The notes under the pieces: model-generated
Database searches by the model: none
What the model was told of the DNA's origin: nothing
What the model saw: the letters and a program-made list of their open reading frames with translations, nothing else
Assembly (NCBI GenBank): GCA_030538705.1
Contig: JAUNTL010000004.1
Span: 72-64,071, forward strand
Origin: Paracoccus sp. (in: a-proteobacteria)
Lineage (GTDB): Bacteria > Pseudomonadota > Alphaproteobacteria > Rhodobacterales > Rhodobacteraceae
Direction of reading: 5' to 3'
DNA: 64,000 nt
Made by a program: the position numbers and the translations under genes
Part shown: piece by piece, positions 1 through 10,873 of the stretch
Numbering within the stretch: the stretch's first letter is position 1
How the letters are laid out: every line of letters starts with the position of its first letter

Positions 1-3000
1 CCCAGCGCGGCCAGATCGCGCATATCCATCACCGCGCGCGCATCCGTGCCGGCCGGCCCGATGCTGCCTTCGGCCTGAATATGGGTCTGATCATTGGTCA
101 GTTCGGCCCGCTCGATCGTATAGGTGCCGTCACGCTCGACCGCATCAATGCCGATATCGGTCGTCCCGCTCAGCCGGCCGGCATTGCCCTGCTGGCCAAG
201 GGCGAGGTTCTGGCCCGTGCCGGTCACACGCAGGCGGCGCGCGCCATCACCGACATCGGCAAATGCCGCGTCAAGATCCAGTGCGCCCTGCAAGCCCAGT
301 CCCAGCGAGGCCAGATCGCGCACGTTCAGCCGGCCGGTGGCATCGGTGCGCGTTTGTCCGATTTCGCCCTGCGCGCTGGCATTCAGCTGATCGTTGACGA
401 CCTCGGCGCGCTCGATGCGGATGGCGCCGTCGCCGGCCTGCTCGGCCAGAATGTCGATGGTCGTCGTGCCGGTCAGGGCCGCGTCGGCCTGCGCCTGCCC
501 CAGCCGGATATCCTGCCCGCTGCCGTCGATCTCGACCCGGCGGGTGCCATCCGCGGCGGTCGTCAGACGCGCATCGGCATTCAGCGATCCCGACCAGCCC
601 CGCCCAAGCGCCGCCAGATCCGCGATCTGCGCCCCGGCCTGACCGTTCACGGCGCCCGCATCCAGCGTCCCCTGCGCGTTGGCGGTCAGCTGGGGGTTGC
701 GGATATCCAGCGATTTGAGTGTCAGAACACCGCCCTGGGCCGCCTGTTCGGCCAGCAGGGTGATATCGGTCCGCCCACCCAGCGCGCCGTCGAGATTCTG
801 CTGACCCAGCGCCAGATCCTGCCCGACCGCATCGATGCGTATGTTACGCGTTCCCTGCGGCCCCTGCGTCATCACCGCATCGGCGCTCAGCGATCCGTGC
901 CAGCCGCGCCCCAGCGCCGCCATCGCGGGCACTGCGGCCTGCGCCTGAATATTCATCCCCGCGCCCGAAACCGTGCCGGTCGCGGTTGCGCTGAACTGGT
1001 CGTTTTCCAGCCGCGCATCCGAGATCGTGATCTGGTCATTGCCCTGCGCGGCAGTCAGGCTGAGCCGGGTTTCGCCGGCCAGCGCGGCGTCGAGATCGGC
1101 CTGCCCGACGGACAGGTTGCGACCGCTGCCATTCACCAGAATGCGGCGCTGACCTGCCTCGGTCACGATCCGGGCGGTGGCTTGCGCGGCGCCGGCAAAG
1201 CTTTCGCCCAATGCGCCGATGTCCTTGAAGTTCAGATCAAAATCCGCATTCACGGCAGCGCCGGCAATCGTGCCCGAGCCGGTCAGGTCAAGCTGTTCGT
1301 TGCCCAGCCGCAGCTCGTTCAGATCAAAGCCGCCGCGCGCGTCCTCGCTCAGCCGGGCGCTGAGACTGGTCTCACCGGCAAAGGCACCGTCAAGCGCCGC
1401 GACCCCCGTGCGCAACCCCTGCGCCTCGCCTTCCAGAGTGATCCGGCGGCTGCCCGGCGCGCCGGCAAGCCGGGCGGTCGCACTCAGCTCACCCTGAAAA
1501 TCGGGGTCCAGATCGGCCAGCGTCGGCACATTGAAATCAACGGTCAGGTCAACGTGATCGTCCCATATAAACCCGTCGGCGCCCAGGGTGATGCGCTGCG
1601 CGGTGACCGTCAGCTCGCGCAGGTCGGTGCCGTCATCGGTGCGCCCGGCCGACAGCTCGATCGTCGCATCGCCGGCAAGCAGATGGTCGATACGCTTGCT
1701 GTTTACGGAAATATCGGTGCCCGTCACGACGCCGTCGATATCAAACGCGCCGGTCAGCAGCTGAAAGAACCCGGCCAGTTCGGCCCTTGCGCGCCCTGAC
1801 AGCGGGCGGCCCGCGAAATCCGACAGTTTGGACAGATCGTCATGCCGCGCGATCACATGATCGCTGGACAGCACGATCCCGCTGGTCAGCCCGTCCACGG
1901 TCAACCGGCCCTCAAGGCCATAATCGCCGCCCTCGATCTGCATATCGCTGAAGGTGACGACCTGACCCGGCGTGAAATCGAAACCGGTCCGGCCCGAGAT
2001 GCGATCCCCCACAACCTGCTGCATCCGCGCACTGACCAGCGAGATGCCGCTGGCGTCAAAGCCCAGATTGCCGTCGACCTGCTCAAGCGCCTCGTCCGCG
2101 GTCAACGCGACATGCCCGGCACCGTCCAGATCCAGCCGCGCCAGACGAAGGCCGGCACGGTCGATTTCCGTCAGCCAGCCCTTCAGCCTCCAGTCAGACC
2201 CCTGCGTCGCGTCATAGCCAATCGCAAGATTACCCGACAGGACCGAGATCGGCGGGTTCATGAAGGGAATGCGCACGGGCAGGGTCTGCGCGCCGGCCTG
2301 CTGGCCAAAGTCGACGGTCAGGTCCAGCACCTGCGGCGCGTTCTGATCATTGGTCGACATCCGCCCGTTGATCTTCAGCGCGTCGGTATCCAGCCGCAGG
2401 GCCTCGATCTCCATCCGCCCGGTCCCGGCGCGCCAGCCCTGCGCCACGATCAGGGTGCTGTCACCAAAGAATTCGCGGTTCTGGGGCGGCAGCAACGTCG
2501 CCAGATCGCCGCCGACCTCCAGCTCAAAGCGGTTGCCGGGCGTGCCTTCGCTATCATCGGCCGCGGCAAAGCTGAGATGTCCCGAAATGCGGTCGATACC
2601 ATCGGTCGCGATCTGGATATCGGCCTGATAGTCGCTCAGCGGGCCTTCGCCGGCGATGGTGGCCATGACGGCCGGGCTGCCCTCGATCCCGACGGTGCGT
2701 GCGAAAATACCGCCGGCGGCCTCGTCCAGCGACAGGTCGATGTTCAGGACGCGCGTGGTATTGTCAAAGCTGCCGTCAAAGACGAATTTCCCCTTTTTGC
2801 CGTCGGTGCGCGAGATGACGACATCGGCCGTGCCCTCGCCGCCGGCCAGAGACATCTCGCCGGTGACGGAGATGACGGCCTCTTCGCCCAGCAGGGGGCT
2901 GCCCAGCACGACCCGGCTGGCGTCAATGCGGTCGATATGGATGCCGACCGGCAGTTCCGGCAACTCGAAACTGCGTGACTGGCTGCGCCGTTCCTGCTGT

Positions 3001-3386
3001 TCACGCTCACCCGACAGCGGCGCGCGGGGGATCTCGATCAGCGCGGCGGTCAGCTCGCCCACCTGAACCTGACCGCGCAGCAGGGCCGAGCGGTTCCACT
3101 GGATCGCACCGTCATGCAAGGTCAGCCAGACACCGTCAGCATCGGCAATCGTGATCCGCTCAAAGGTCGCGCGCGAGGACAGCGCGCCGTGAAACCCGTC
3201 AATCTGAACCGAGCGGCCGGCATTGGACAGCCGCGATTGCAAAAACCGCGTCAGAAACCCCTGGTCATCCGGCTCGGCCGACGAGATTTCGGCAGCCGAG
3301 GCACCGGCATCCGGATCATCCTGCGCAAGAACCGCCGGCGGCAGCGTCAGCAGAAGGGCGATCAGCACAAAGATTCGATACCACAT
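1..3386 (-). CDS. tamB: Translocation/assembly module TamB, 3' end outside window
   Basis: ATG overlaps the tamA stop (TGATG at 3384-3388). Hand translation gives MWYRIFVLIALLLTLPPAVLAQ...GFLTRFLQSRLSNAGRSVQIDGFHGALSSRATFERITIADADGVWL, a typical Rhodobacterales TamB N-terminus. It is absent from the ORF track, presumably because no stop falls inside the window. Confidence 0.85.
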   Translation of the reverse strand, partial: MWYRIFVLIALLLTLPPAVLAQDDPDAGASAAEISSAEPDDQGFLTRFLQSRLSNAGRSVQIDGFHGALSSRATFERITIADADGVWLTLHDGAIQWNRSALLRGQVQVGELTAALIEIPRAPLSGEREQQERRSQSRSFELPELPVGIHIDRIDASRVVLGSPLLGEEAVISVTGEMSLAGGEGTADVVISRTDGKKGKFVFDGSFDNTTRVLNIDLSLDEAAGGIFARTVGIEGSPAVMATIAGEGPLSDYQADIQIATDGIDRISGHLSFAAADDSEGTPGNRFELEVGGDLATLLPPQNREFFGDSTLIVAQGWRAGTGRMEIEALRLDTDALKINGRMSTNDQNAPQVLDLTVDFGQQAGAQTLPVRIPFMNPPISVLSGNLAIGYDATQGSDWRLKGWLTEIDRAGLRLARLDLDGAGHVALTADEALEQVDGNLGFDASGISLVSARMQQVVGDRISGRTGFDFTPGQVVTFSDMQIEGGDYGLEGRLTVDGLTSGIVLSSDHVIARHDDLSKLSDFAGRPLSGRARAELAGFFQLLTGAFDIDGVVTGTDISVNSKRIDHLLAGDATIELSAGRTDDGTDLRELTVTAQRITLGADGFIWDDHVDLTVDFNVPTLADLDPDFQGELSATARLAGAPGSRRITLEGEAQGLRTGVAALDGAFAGETSLSARLSEDARGGFDLNELRLGNEQLDLTGSGTIAGAAVNADFDLNFKDIGALGESFAGAAQATARIVTEAGQRRILVNGSGRNLSVGQADLDAALAGETRLSLTAAQGNDQITISDARLENDQFSATATGTVSGAGMNIQAQAAVPAMAALGRGWHGSLSADAVMTQGPQGTRNIRIDAVGQDLALGQQNLDGALGGRTDITLLAEQAAQGGVLTLKSLDIRNPQLTANAQGTLDAGAVNGQAGAQIADLAALGRGWSGSLNADARLTTAADGTRRVEIDGSGQDIRLGQAQADAALTGTTTIDILAEQAGDGAIRIERAEVVNDQLNASAQGEIGQTRTDATGRLNVRDLASLGLGLQGALDLDAAFADVGDGARRLRVTGTGQNLALGQQGNAGRLSGTTDIGIDAVERDGTYTIERAELTNDQTHIQAEGSIGPAGTDARAVMDMRDLAAL

Positions 3387-5299
3387 CAGAACGCCTGCCC
3401 CAGCCCGAGATAAAGCTGCACCTTGCTGTCATCGTCGTTGCCCCTGATCGGGGTCGCAACGTCAAAGCGGATCGGTCCGATCGGGGTCGTATAGCGCACA
3501 CCGACGCCGGCCCCGGCATGCCATTTGGTATTGCCCTGCCACGCACCGTCATCCCAGATCTGGCCGGCATCGGCGAAAATCACCGCCCCGATGCGCGGAC
3601 GGACCTGATAACGCGCCTCGACGCTGAGGTTCACGACACTCTGGCCGCCGACCCATGCCTCGTCACCGGTATTTTCCAGCGGAACCATAAAGCCCAGCGA
3701 TTCATAGGGCTGACCGCGCACGCTGCCGCCGCCACCGGAAAAGAACAGATAGTCCGGCGGGATATCCATGATCTCGGGACCCAAAACGGTGCCGGCGCGC
3801 GCGCGCGCGGCGAATGTCAGCCGGTCGTTTTCCATGACCGAGCGATAGATCCGGCCCTCGCCACTCAGCTGCACGCCCGAGCCGGTATCATCCAGACCGT
3901 AAAACGGCGTCACCCGCCCCGACAGCCAGAATCCGCGTTTGGCATCATTGATATTGTCGCGCCGGTCCCAGATCACGCCCGTCGGCAGCGATATCGTCGC
4001 GTAATCATAATAGCCCTCGCCATAGCTGATACGCGAGAACGAGTATTTCAGCGCCGTATCCGCAGTCAGCCTTTCGCTGCGGATATAGTTGAAACCCAGC
4101 GCCAGATCGGCCTTGCGGCGATAATATTCCGGCTCGTTATCCTCGGACAGCGACAGCGCGATATAGCCGGTGACATCGGGATGCAGCGTCGCCGGCCGGT
4201 CGATGCGCAGGCCCAGCGAATAGTCGCGCGCATCCTTGTCGGCCTTGATATCGCTGATCTTGCCGTCGATGCGGAAACGCTCGCCCCCGCCCAGAAGGTT
4301 GCGGTGCAGCCAATAGGCCGAGACCATCGCCCCGTCGGTATTGGATACCTCAAAGGATGCGCCGATGCGGCGGGTTTTTTGCTCGACCACGGTCAGGCCG
4401 ACATCCATGGAGTTATCGGGATTAAGGCTTTCTGCCTCGACCAGCGTAATCGCCGAGAACACGCCCGAACGCCGCAGCCGCTTGCGCACATCCTCCAGCT
4501 TGGAGGGATCGAATGCCTCGCCCTCGGGATAGCCGGCGATCTTGAGCAGGCGGCGCATCGACAACCGCTGGTTGCCGGTGACATGCAGCGGGCCAAAGGT
4601 AACGGCCGGGCCGGGGTTCATCGCGATCCGGGATTCGAGTCTGGACGTGCCATGGTCGGCGATGATTTCTTCATCCGCGACGCGGGCCTTGGCATGGCTG
4701 GAATCGCGCCAGTCACCAATCGCAGAGGAGGCGGCGCGCTTGATGATGCCGGTTCCGGCCGTCTCGCCGACGCGGTAGCCATCCACCGGCGCAGTGCCCG
4801 GCACCAGCGGCGCAATATCGGCGCGGCCGAAGCGGAACTGGGGGCCGGGATCAACCGCGACGACGACATGGCCGATATAGCGCGGCGCATCCAGCGGCGC
4901 GATCTCGGCCGCCTCGACACCGTCCAGCGTGATGTTGATGATCGCCGAGAAATAGCCGCGGTCATAAAGCACGCCCAGCACACGGGCATAATCCCCGCGC
5001 GCCGCCGCCAGAACATCCTGTCCCGTCGCGCGGTCCTCGGCCAGAGCGGTCGCGACAAGCGAGGCGCTGCGCAACGGCTGCTCCAGGTCGTCGGGTCCGT
5101 CGATGATGCGAAAATCCAGCTGAACCGGCGGGCCGATCACCTGACCGCTTTCATCGGTGACCGGCCGCTCGCCACCGCCGAACAGCCGCGACAGACCGGC
5201 AAACGGGTTTGACGAGGATGCGGATTGCGCCGCCGCATCGGCCGCGATCATGCTGGCGGCCATGATACCCATGACGGCGAGTTTTGCGGTCTTTTTCAT
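3386..5299 (-). CDS. tamA: TamA / Omp85-family outer-membrane assembly protein
   Basis: Signal peptide, POTRA-like region, GGGGSVRG motif, C-terminal GVGVRYTTPIGPIRFD...LGLGQAF. Confidence 0.92.
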   Translation of the reverse strand: MKKTAKLAVMGIMAASMIAADAAAQSASSSNPFAGLSRLFGGGERPVTDESGQVIGPPVQLDFRIIDGPDDLEQPLRSASLVATALAEDRATGQDVLAAARGDYARVLGVLYDRGYFSAIINITLDGVEAAEIAPLDAPRYIGHVVVAVDPGPQFRFGRADIAPLVPGTAPVDGYRVGETAGTGIIKRAASSAIGDWRDSSHAKARVADEEIIADHGTSRLESRIAMNPGPAVTFGPLHVTGNQRLSMRRLLKIAGYPEGEAFDPSKLEDVRKRLRRSGVFSAITLVEAESLNPDNSMDVGLTVVEQKTRRIGASFEVSNTDGAMVSAYWLHRNLLGGGERFRIDGKISDIKADKDARDYSLGLRIDRPATLHPDVTGYIALSLSEDNEPEYYRRKADLALGFNYIRSERLTADTALKYSFSRISYGEGYYDYATISLPTGVIWDRRDNINDAKRGFWLSGRVTPFYGLDDTGSGVQLSGEGRIYRSVMENDRLTFAARARAGTVLGPEIMDIPPDYLFFSGGGGSVRGQPYESLGFMVPLENTGDEAWVGGQSVVNLSVEARYQVRPRIGAVIFADAGQIWDDGAWQGNTKWHAGAGVGVRYTTPIGPIRFDVATPIRGNDDDSKVQLYLGLGQAF

Positions 5300-5380
5300 G
5301 CCTGCTCTGCCCCATTTTGCGGCTTTGTCGCAGTTTCATCCCCGGAAATCCAGTTTCCCGGGCGGGGGACCATCAAAAAT

Positions 5381-6307
5381 TCACTCCAGCGCCGTCAGAC
5401 AGCCCTGCAATGCCGCCATATCGTCACGGATCAGGATCAGGGGCGTGTTGGCGGGAATGTGACGCATATAGCTTTCGGCGAGAAAGGCGGCCTCAAGCAC
5501 GTCGCGGCGATCGGCGAAACTGCGCGCCACGGAACCGGCCAGATACATCCCCTCAAGCGGCATGAACCGTAACGCCAGTTCGCGCAGCATCAGGCCGAAC
5601 AGCTCGGTGAACAGGCCATAGGTCTCGCCGGCGCGCGCGTCACCGGCACGGGCGGCGGCAAAGATCTCTTCAGGGCGCCCGGAATGCAGCCCGTGCATCG
5701 CCTGATGCAGCCGTGCCAGCCCGCGCCCGGCGAATGTTTCCTCGGTGGAAAAGAACCCTGCCATCGCCGCATCACCCACACGGGCGCGCAGCCGGTCGGC
5801 GATATTGGCGGGCAGGCTGGTATGGCCCTCTTCGGCCTCGGAGCAGGAGACGGCGCCGCCGGGCAGATTGCGCACCGCACAGACATTGAACCCGGTGCCC
5901 GCGCCGACAACCAGTGCCTGACCGTTGCGCGCCCGGCCCTCGGGCGCGGCGCGCAGCAGGCCGACCCCGTCGCCGGCCAGCCCGGCCGTCGCATAGCCAA
6001 GCGCCGTCAGGTCATTGATCAGCCGCACCCTTGGCGCGGTGGTCAGCCGCGCCAGCCCGGCCTCGGAGAAGCTCCAGTCGCGGTTGGTCAGCCGGGCCTC
6101 GCCCCCGGTGACAGGGCCGGCAACCGCGACGCAGACCGCCTCGATCTGCGGGCTGCCCTGCGCCGACAGATAGTGCCGCACAACCGCATCGAACTGCGCA
6201 TAATCCTCGCCGAGATAACGCGAAACGGTGCCGGCCGCGATCACCCCGTCCCGCGCCAGAGCCAGCCGCGCATTCGTGCCGCCCACATCCGCCAGCAGCG
6301 TCGCCAT
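5381..6307 (-). CDS. glk: Glucokinase
   Basis: LLADVGGTNARLA, INDL, GAGTGFN and EEGH motifs. Start chosen at ATG 6307. Confidence 0.85.
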   Translation of the reverse strand: MATLLADVGGTNARLALARDGVIAAGTVSRYLGEDYAQFDAVVRHYLSAQGSPQIEAVCVAVAGPVTGGEARLTNRDWSFSEAGLARLTTAPRVRLINDLTALGYATAGLAGDGVGLLRAAPEGRARNGQALVVGAGTGFNVCAVRNLPGGAVSCSEAEEGHTSLPANIADRLRARVGDAAMAGFFSTEETFAGRGLARLHQAMHGLHSGRPEEIFAAARAGDARAGETYGLFTELFGLMLRELALRFMPLEGMYLAGSVARSFADRRDVLEAAFLAESYMRHIPANTPLILIRDDMAALQGCLTALE

Positions 6308-6433
6308 GACCGAATACCCCCGTTGTGACCCGCCCCGGATACGCGAGGCCCAATGATCACGCAAGGCACGCAGGTTTATTGTCTTTCAGCAGGCTTGGTG
6401 CTATCCGCCGCCGTAACAACACAGGGTATCAGA

Positions 6434-7825
6434 ATGAACGATTACGTCATCAAGGACATCGCCCTTGCCGACTTTGGCCGCAAGGAACTGGACATTGCCG
6501 AAACCGAAATGCCCGGCCTGATGGCGCTGCGCGCGGAATATGGTGCGGCGCAGCCGCTGAAGGGCGCGCGGATCGCGGGCAGCCTGCATATGACCATCCA
6601 GACCGCCGTGCTGATCGAGACGCTGACGGCGCTTGGCGCGAATGTGCGTTGGGCCTCGTGCAACATCTATTCGACACAGGACCACGCGGCGGCGGCGATT
6701 GCGGCCTCGGGCGTGCCGGTTTTCGCCATCAAGGGTGAAACCCTGACCGAATATTGGGCCTATACCGACCAGATCTTTCAGTTCCCGGAAGGCCCGGCGA
6801 ACATGATCCTTGATGATGGCGGCGACGCCACGATGTATATCCTGCTTGGCGCGCGGGTCGAGGCGGGCGAGACCGGCCTGATCGACACCCCGACCTCTGA
6901 GGAGGAAGAAGCCCTTTTCGCCCAGATCCGCAAGCGTCTGGCCGCCTCGCCGGGCTGGTTCACCGCGCAGCGCGACGCGATCATGGGCGTGTCCGAGGAA
7001 ACCACCACCGGCGTTCACCGCCTTTATGATCTGCACAAAAAGGGCCTGCTGCCCTTCCCGGCGATCAATGTGAACGATTCGGTCACCAAGTCGAAATTCG
7101 ACAATAAATACGGCTGCAAGGAATCGCTGGTGGACGGCATCCGCCGCGCCACCGATGTGATGATGGCCGGCAAGGTCGCCGTGGTCTGCGGCTACGGCGA
7201 TGTCGGCAAAGGTTCGGCGGCCAGCCTTCAGGGCGCCGGTGCCCGCGTCAAGGTGACCGAGGTCGATCCGATCTGCGCGCTGCAAGCCGCCATGGACGGG
7301 TTCGAGGTGGTGACGCTGGAAGATGTGGCCGACAGCGCCGATATTTTCGTCACGACGACCGGCAATAAGGACGTGATCCGGCTGGAGCATATGCGCGCCA
7401 TGAAGGACATGGCCATCGTCGGCAATATCGGCCATTTCGACAATGAAATTCAGGTCGCGGCGCTGAAAAACCACAAATGGACGAATATCAAGGATCAGGT
7501 CGACATGATCGAGATGCCCTCGGGCAATCGCATCATCCTGCTGTCGCAGGGCCGTCTGCTGAACCTTGGTAACGCGACGGGGCACCCGTCTTTCGTGATG
7601 TCGGCCAGCTTCACCAATCAGGTGCTGGCCCAGATCGAGCTGTTCGCCAAGGGCGACGACTACGCCCCCGGCGTCTATATCCTGCCCAAGCATCTGGATG
7701 AGAAAGTGGCCGCGCTGCATCTGGAAAAGGTCGGTGCCAAGCTGACGAAACTGTCCCCCGAACAGGCCGATTATATCGGTGTGGCGCAGAACGGCCCCTT
7801 CAAATCTGACCATTACCGGTATTGA
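6434..7825 (+). CDS. ahcY: Adenosylhomocysteinase
   Basis: [37 protein letters not shown] and [13 protein letters not shown] motifs; ends HYRY. Confidence 0.97.
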   Translation: MNDYVIKDIALADFGRKELDIAETEMPGLMALRAEYGAAQPLKGARIAGSLHMTIQTAVLIETLTALGANVRWASCNIYSTQDHAAAAIAASGVPVFAIKGETLTEYWAYTDQIFQFPEGPANMILDDGGDATMYILLGARVEAGETGLIDTPTSEEEEALFAQIRKRLAASPGWFTAQRDAIMGVSEETTTGVHRLYDLHKKGLLPFPAINVNDSVTKSKFDNKYGCKESLVDGIRRATDVMMAGKVAVVCGYGDVGKGSAASLQGAGARVKVTEVDPICALQAAMDGFEVVTLEDVADSADIFVTTTGNKDVIRLEHMRAMKDMAIVGNIGHFDNEIQVAALKNHKWTNIKDQVDMIEMPSGNRIILLSQGRLLNLGNATGHPSFVMSASFTNQVLAQIELFAKGDDYAPGVYILPKHLDEKVAALHLEKVGAKLTKLSPEQADYIGVAQNGPFKSDHYRY

Positions 7826-7828
7826 GCC

Positions 7829-9016
7829 ATGAGCGAATATAACATCTTCACCTCGGAATCCGTGTCCGAGGGCCATCCCGACAAGATCGCCGACCAGATT
7901 TCGGATGCGGTGCTTGACGCGATCATCGCCGAGGATCCGCGCGCCCGCGTGGCCTGTGAAACCATGGTCAAGACCGGGGTGGCCATCATCTCGGGCGAGA
8001 TCACCACAAGCGCATGGGTCGATCTGGAAAAGATCGTGCGCGATGTGATTATTGATATCGGCTATACGTCATCGGAAGTCGGTTTCGACGGGGCGACCTG
8101 CTCGGTCATCAATATCATCGGCAAGCAATCGCCCGAGATCAATCAGGGTGTCGACCGCGAAAGCCTTGAGGCGCAGGGCGCGGGCGATCAGGGGCTGATG
8201 TTCGGCTATGCCTCGGATGAAACCGATGTGCTGATGCCCGCGCCGATCACCTATGCGCACCGGCTGGTGGAACGCCAAAGCCAGGTGCGCCGCGATGGCA
8301 CGCTGGACTGGCTGCGCCCCGATGCGAAATCGCAGGTGACGATGCGCTATGATGACAATGGCCGCGTGGCCGGCGTCGATGCGGTGGTTCTGTCGACCCA
8401 GCACAGCCCCGATATCGGGCTTGCCGATCTGCGCGAGGCCGTGATCGAGGAGATCATCAAGCCGGTCCTGCCCGCCGAATGGCTGAGCGCGGATACGAAA
8501 TATTTCATCAACCCGACCGGAAAATTCGTCATCGGCGGGCCGGTCGGCGATTGCGGGCTGACGGGCCGCAAGATCATCGTCGACAGCTATGGCGGCATGG
8601 CGCGCCATGGCGGCGGCGCGTTTTCGGGCAAAGACCCCAGCAAAGTTGACCGTTCGGCCGCTTATGCCGGGCGTTGGGTGGCAAAGAATATCGTCGCCGC
8701 CGGGCTGGCAAAGCGCTGCGAGATTCAGGTCTCCTATGCGATTGGCGTGGCGGAACCGACCTCGATCTCGCTGAACTGCTTCGGGACCGAGACCGTTCCG
8801 GTCGACAAGATCATCCGCGCTGTCCGTCAGGTCTTTGACCTGCGCCCCTTCGCCATCATCGGCGAGCTGGACCTGCTGCGTCCGATCTATCGCCCGACCG
8901 CAAGCTATGGCCATTTCGGCAAGCCGCCCTCTGAAATCACCTATGCCGGCAAGCAGCATCGTGGCTTTACCTGGGAAGACACCAGCCGGGCCGAGGCGCT
9001 GAAAGCCGCCATCTGA
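7829..9016 (+). CDS. metK: S-adenosylmethionine synthetase
   Basis: [19 protein letters not shown] and [16 protein letters not shown] motifs. Confidence 0.97.
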   Translation: MSEYNIFTSESVSEGHPDKIADQISDAVLDAIIAEDPRARVACETMVKTGVAIISGEITTSAWVDLEKIVRDVIIDIGYTSSEVGFDGATCSVINIIGKQSPEINQGVDRESLEAQGAGDQGLMFGYASDETDVLMPAPITYAHRLVERQSQVRRDGTLDWLRPDAKSQVTMRYDDNGRVAGVDAVVLSTQHSPDIGLADLREAVIEEIIKPVLPAEWLSADTKYFINPTGKFVIGGPVGDCGLTGRKIIVDSYGGMARHGGGAFSGKDPSKVDRSAAYAGRWVAKNIVAAGLAKRCEIQVSYAIGVAEPTSISLNCFGTETVPVDKIIRAVRQVFDLRPFAIIGELDLLRPIYRPTASYGHFGKPPSEITYAGKQHRGFTWEDTSRAEALKAAI

Positions 9017-9021
9017 AAGCA

Positions 9022-9058
9022 GAACAGGGCGTAAACGGATCGCGCGCCCTGTTCCTTT
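9022..9058 (+). terminator. Hairpin after metK (possible terminator or stabiliser)
   Basis: GAACAGGGCG...CGCCCTGTTC 10-bp inverted repeat with a weak T tract. Confidence 0.45.
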
Positions 9059-9091
9059 GCCTCTGTTCGTTTACCATGTGATGAGAGTTAG

Positions 9092-10873
9092 ATGTCCAGC
9101 GATGCCGCGCCCCCCCATTATGACGAGATCATCGTTTCCAAGGGCGTCCGCATTCCCTTTGTGCCGCACATCATAACGCCCAAGATCGAGCGCCCGCTGC
9201 GCAATGGCCGCTATGAGGGCGGCGAGGCGGCGGCGACGCTCGGGCAGATCCTGCGTCGGGGCGATGTCGTGATGGAGTTCGGCGCCGGCCTTGGTCTGTG
9301 TTCAACCATCGCGGCCATGCATCCCGACGTTGCCCGCGTCGTGACATTCGAGGCGAACCCCGATCTGATCCCGCTGATCCGCGAAACGCATCGCCTGAAC
9401 GCGCTGAACAATATCGAGGTCCGCCACGGCATCGTCGCGCCCGAAGGCTCGGCCAGTGAAAAATTTTATCTGCGCCGCGATTTCTGGGGATCGTCGATGG
9501 AACCGGATTCGCGCCCCTATCAGCGCGTCGTCGATCTGCCCGCATTCGACGTGAACGAGCTGATCGCGGAAATCCGGCCCACCGTCATCGTCTGCGACAT
9601 CGAAGGGGCCGAACTGACGCTGTTCGATCACGCCGATCTGTCATCGGTTCGTGCGATCGTCTGCGAGCTGCATAACAAGGTCTATGGCGACGAGGGCGAG
9701 CAGCATATCATCAATCTGATGAACCGGCGCGGCCTGACCCACCTTGAGGGCGAGCGCAGCGGTTCGGTCAAGCTGTTCTCGCGCGAGCCGGTCGAAGGGA
9801 TGAAGGCGACCGCGCGGGATGACGCGCCCGCCGCTGCCGCGCAGCCGGCCGCCCGCCCCGCATCCGAACCGCGTGTTCTGGTCGCGACCTGCATGAAAAA
9901 CGAAGGGCCGTTCATCCTCGAATGGCTGGCGTGGCAGCGCGCGGTCGGTGTCAATGACTTCATCATCTTTACCAATGATCTGTCCGATGGTTCACAGGAA
10001 ATGCTGGACTATCTGCATGCAGCGGGTCAGCTCACCCATCTGCCGAACCCTGCGACGATCCTCGGCTCGCCCGCCTTTCAGCCTGTCGCGCTGAAATATA
10101 CCCATCTGATGCCGCAATTCCGCGCGGCGGATTACTTTATCTCGATGGATGTGGATGAGTTCATCAATGTCCGCACGGGCGACGGCACGCTGGGCGCGCT
10201 GTTCGCGCATGTCGGGCCTTTTGATGCGCTGTCCATGTCCGAGGTCACCCATGGCACCAACGGGATCGAACATTTCAGCGATGGCTGGGTCACCGACCTG
10301 TTCCCGGCGCATGGAACCGAAACCCCCGGCCGCAATCTTTCGCGGCGCGGCGTCAAGACGATTGTCCGCCTCGGCGACAAGCTGAGCATGGCGCGCAACC
10401 ACCGCGCGGATTTTCACCCCGGCAGTGATCCGCGCTGGCTGGACGGTTCGGGCCGTGAAACGCGGCATTTTCTGGATGATCCGGGCGAGAACGGACATGA
10501 TGCGCGCGGCTCATTCGATCTGGTGACGCTGGAACATTACGCCCTGCGCTCGGATGAATCCTTCCTTGCGAAAAAGGATCGTGGCGATGTCGTCAGCGCG
10601 ACGCGCTCGGTCTCGCGGCGCTATTTCCGGCTACGCAACAGCGACACGGACCGCCACCCGGACCCGATCATCACCGACGCCGCCCGCGCCTATTACGCGA
10701 CATATTTCGCAAGTGATACAAAGCTGATGGAGCTGCACAACATCTGCTGCATGCGCCACAAGGAACGCATTCGCGAAATCCTGACGATGCCCGAATATCA
10801 GGCCGAACTGGAATGGATCCGCGCATCGCGCGCCGGCGGTCCCCAGGATGATGACGCAGGAGAGGATGAATGA
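9092..10873 (+). CDS. FkbM-family methyltransferase fused to a GT2-like glycosyltransferase
   Basis: N-terminal EFGAGLG / FEANP / CDIEGAE (FkbM). C-terminal ATCMKNEGPFILEWLAW and MDVDEF DxD motif. Confidence 0.8.
   Translation: MSSDAAPPHYDEIIVSKGVRIPFVPHIITPKIERPLRNGRYEGGEAAATLGQILRRGDVVMEFGAGLGLCSTIAAMHPDVARVVTFEANPDLIPLIRETHRLNALNNIEVRHGIVAPEGSASEKFYLRRDFWGSSMEPDSRPYQRVVDLPAFDVNELIAEIRPTVIVCDIEGAELTLFDHADLSSVRAIVCELHNKVYGDEGEQHIINLMNRRGLTHLEGERSGSVKLFSREPVEGMKATARDDAPAAAAQPAARPASEPRVLVATCMKNEGPFILEWLAWQRAVGVNDFIIFTNDLSDGSQEMLDYLHAAGQLTHLPNPATILGSPAFQPVALKYTHLMPQFRAADYFISMDVDEFINVRTGDGTLGALFAHVGPFDALSMSEVTHGTNGIEHFSDGWVTDLFPAHGTETPGRNLSRRGVKTIVRLGDKLSMARNHRADFHPGSDPRWLDGSGRETRHFLDDPGENGHDARGSFDLVTLEHYALRSDESFLAKKDRGDVVSATRSVSRRYFRLRNSDTDRHPDPIITDAARAYYATYFASDTKLMELHNICCMRHKERIREILTMPEYQAELEWIRASRAGGPQDDDAGEDE

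Noticed and set aside
81-2978. Long plus-strand ORFs (572 and 378 aa) and many similar antisense ORFs across the window, e.g. 55743-58811
   Set aside because: They are shadow frames of real opposite-strand genes (tamB, addA and others) in high-GC DNA, with Arg/Gln/His-rich composition and no motifs.
6308-6332. Minus-strand GGTCACAACGG resembles the 5' half of the SAM/SAH riboswitch, near ahcY-metK
   Set aside because: It lacks the following CTTCCTGGCGTGAC half, is on the wrong strand for ahcY, and overlaps the glk RBS.
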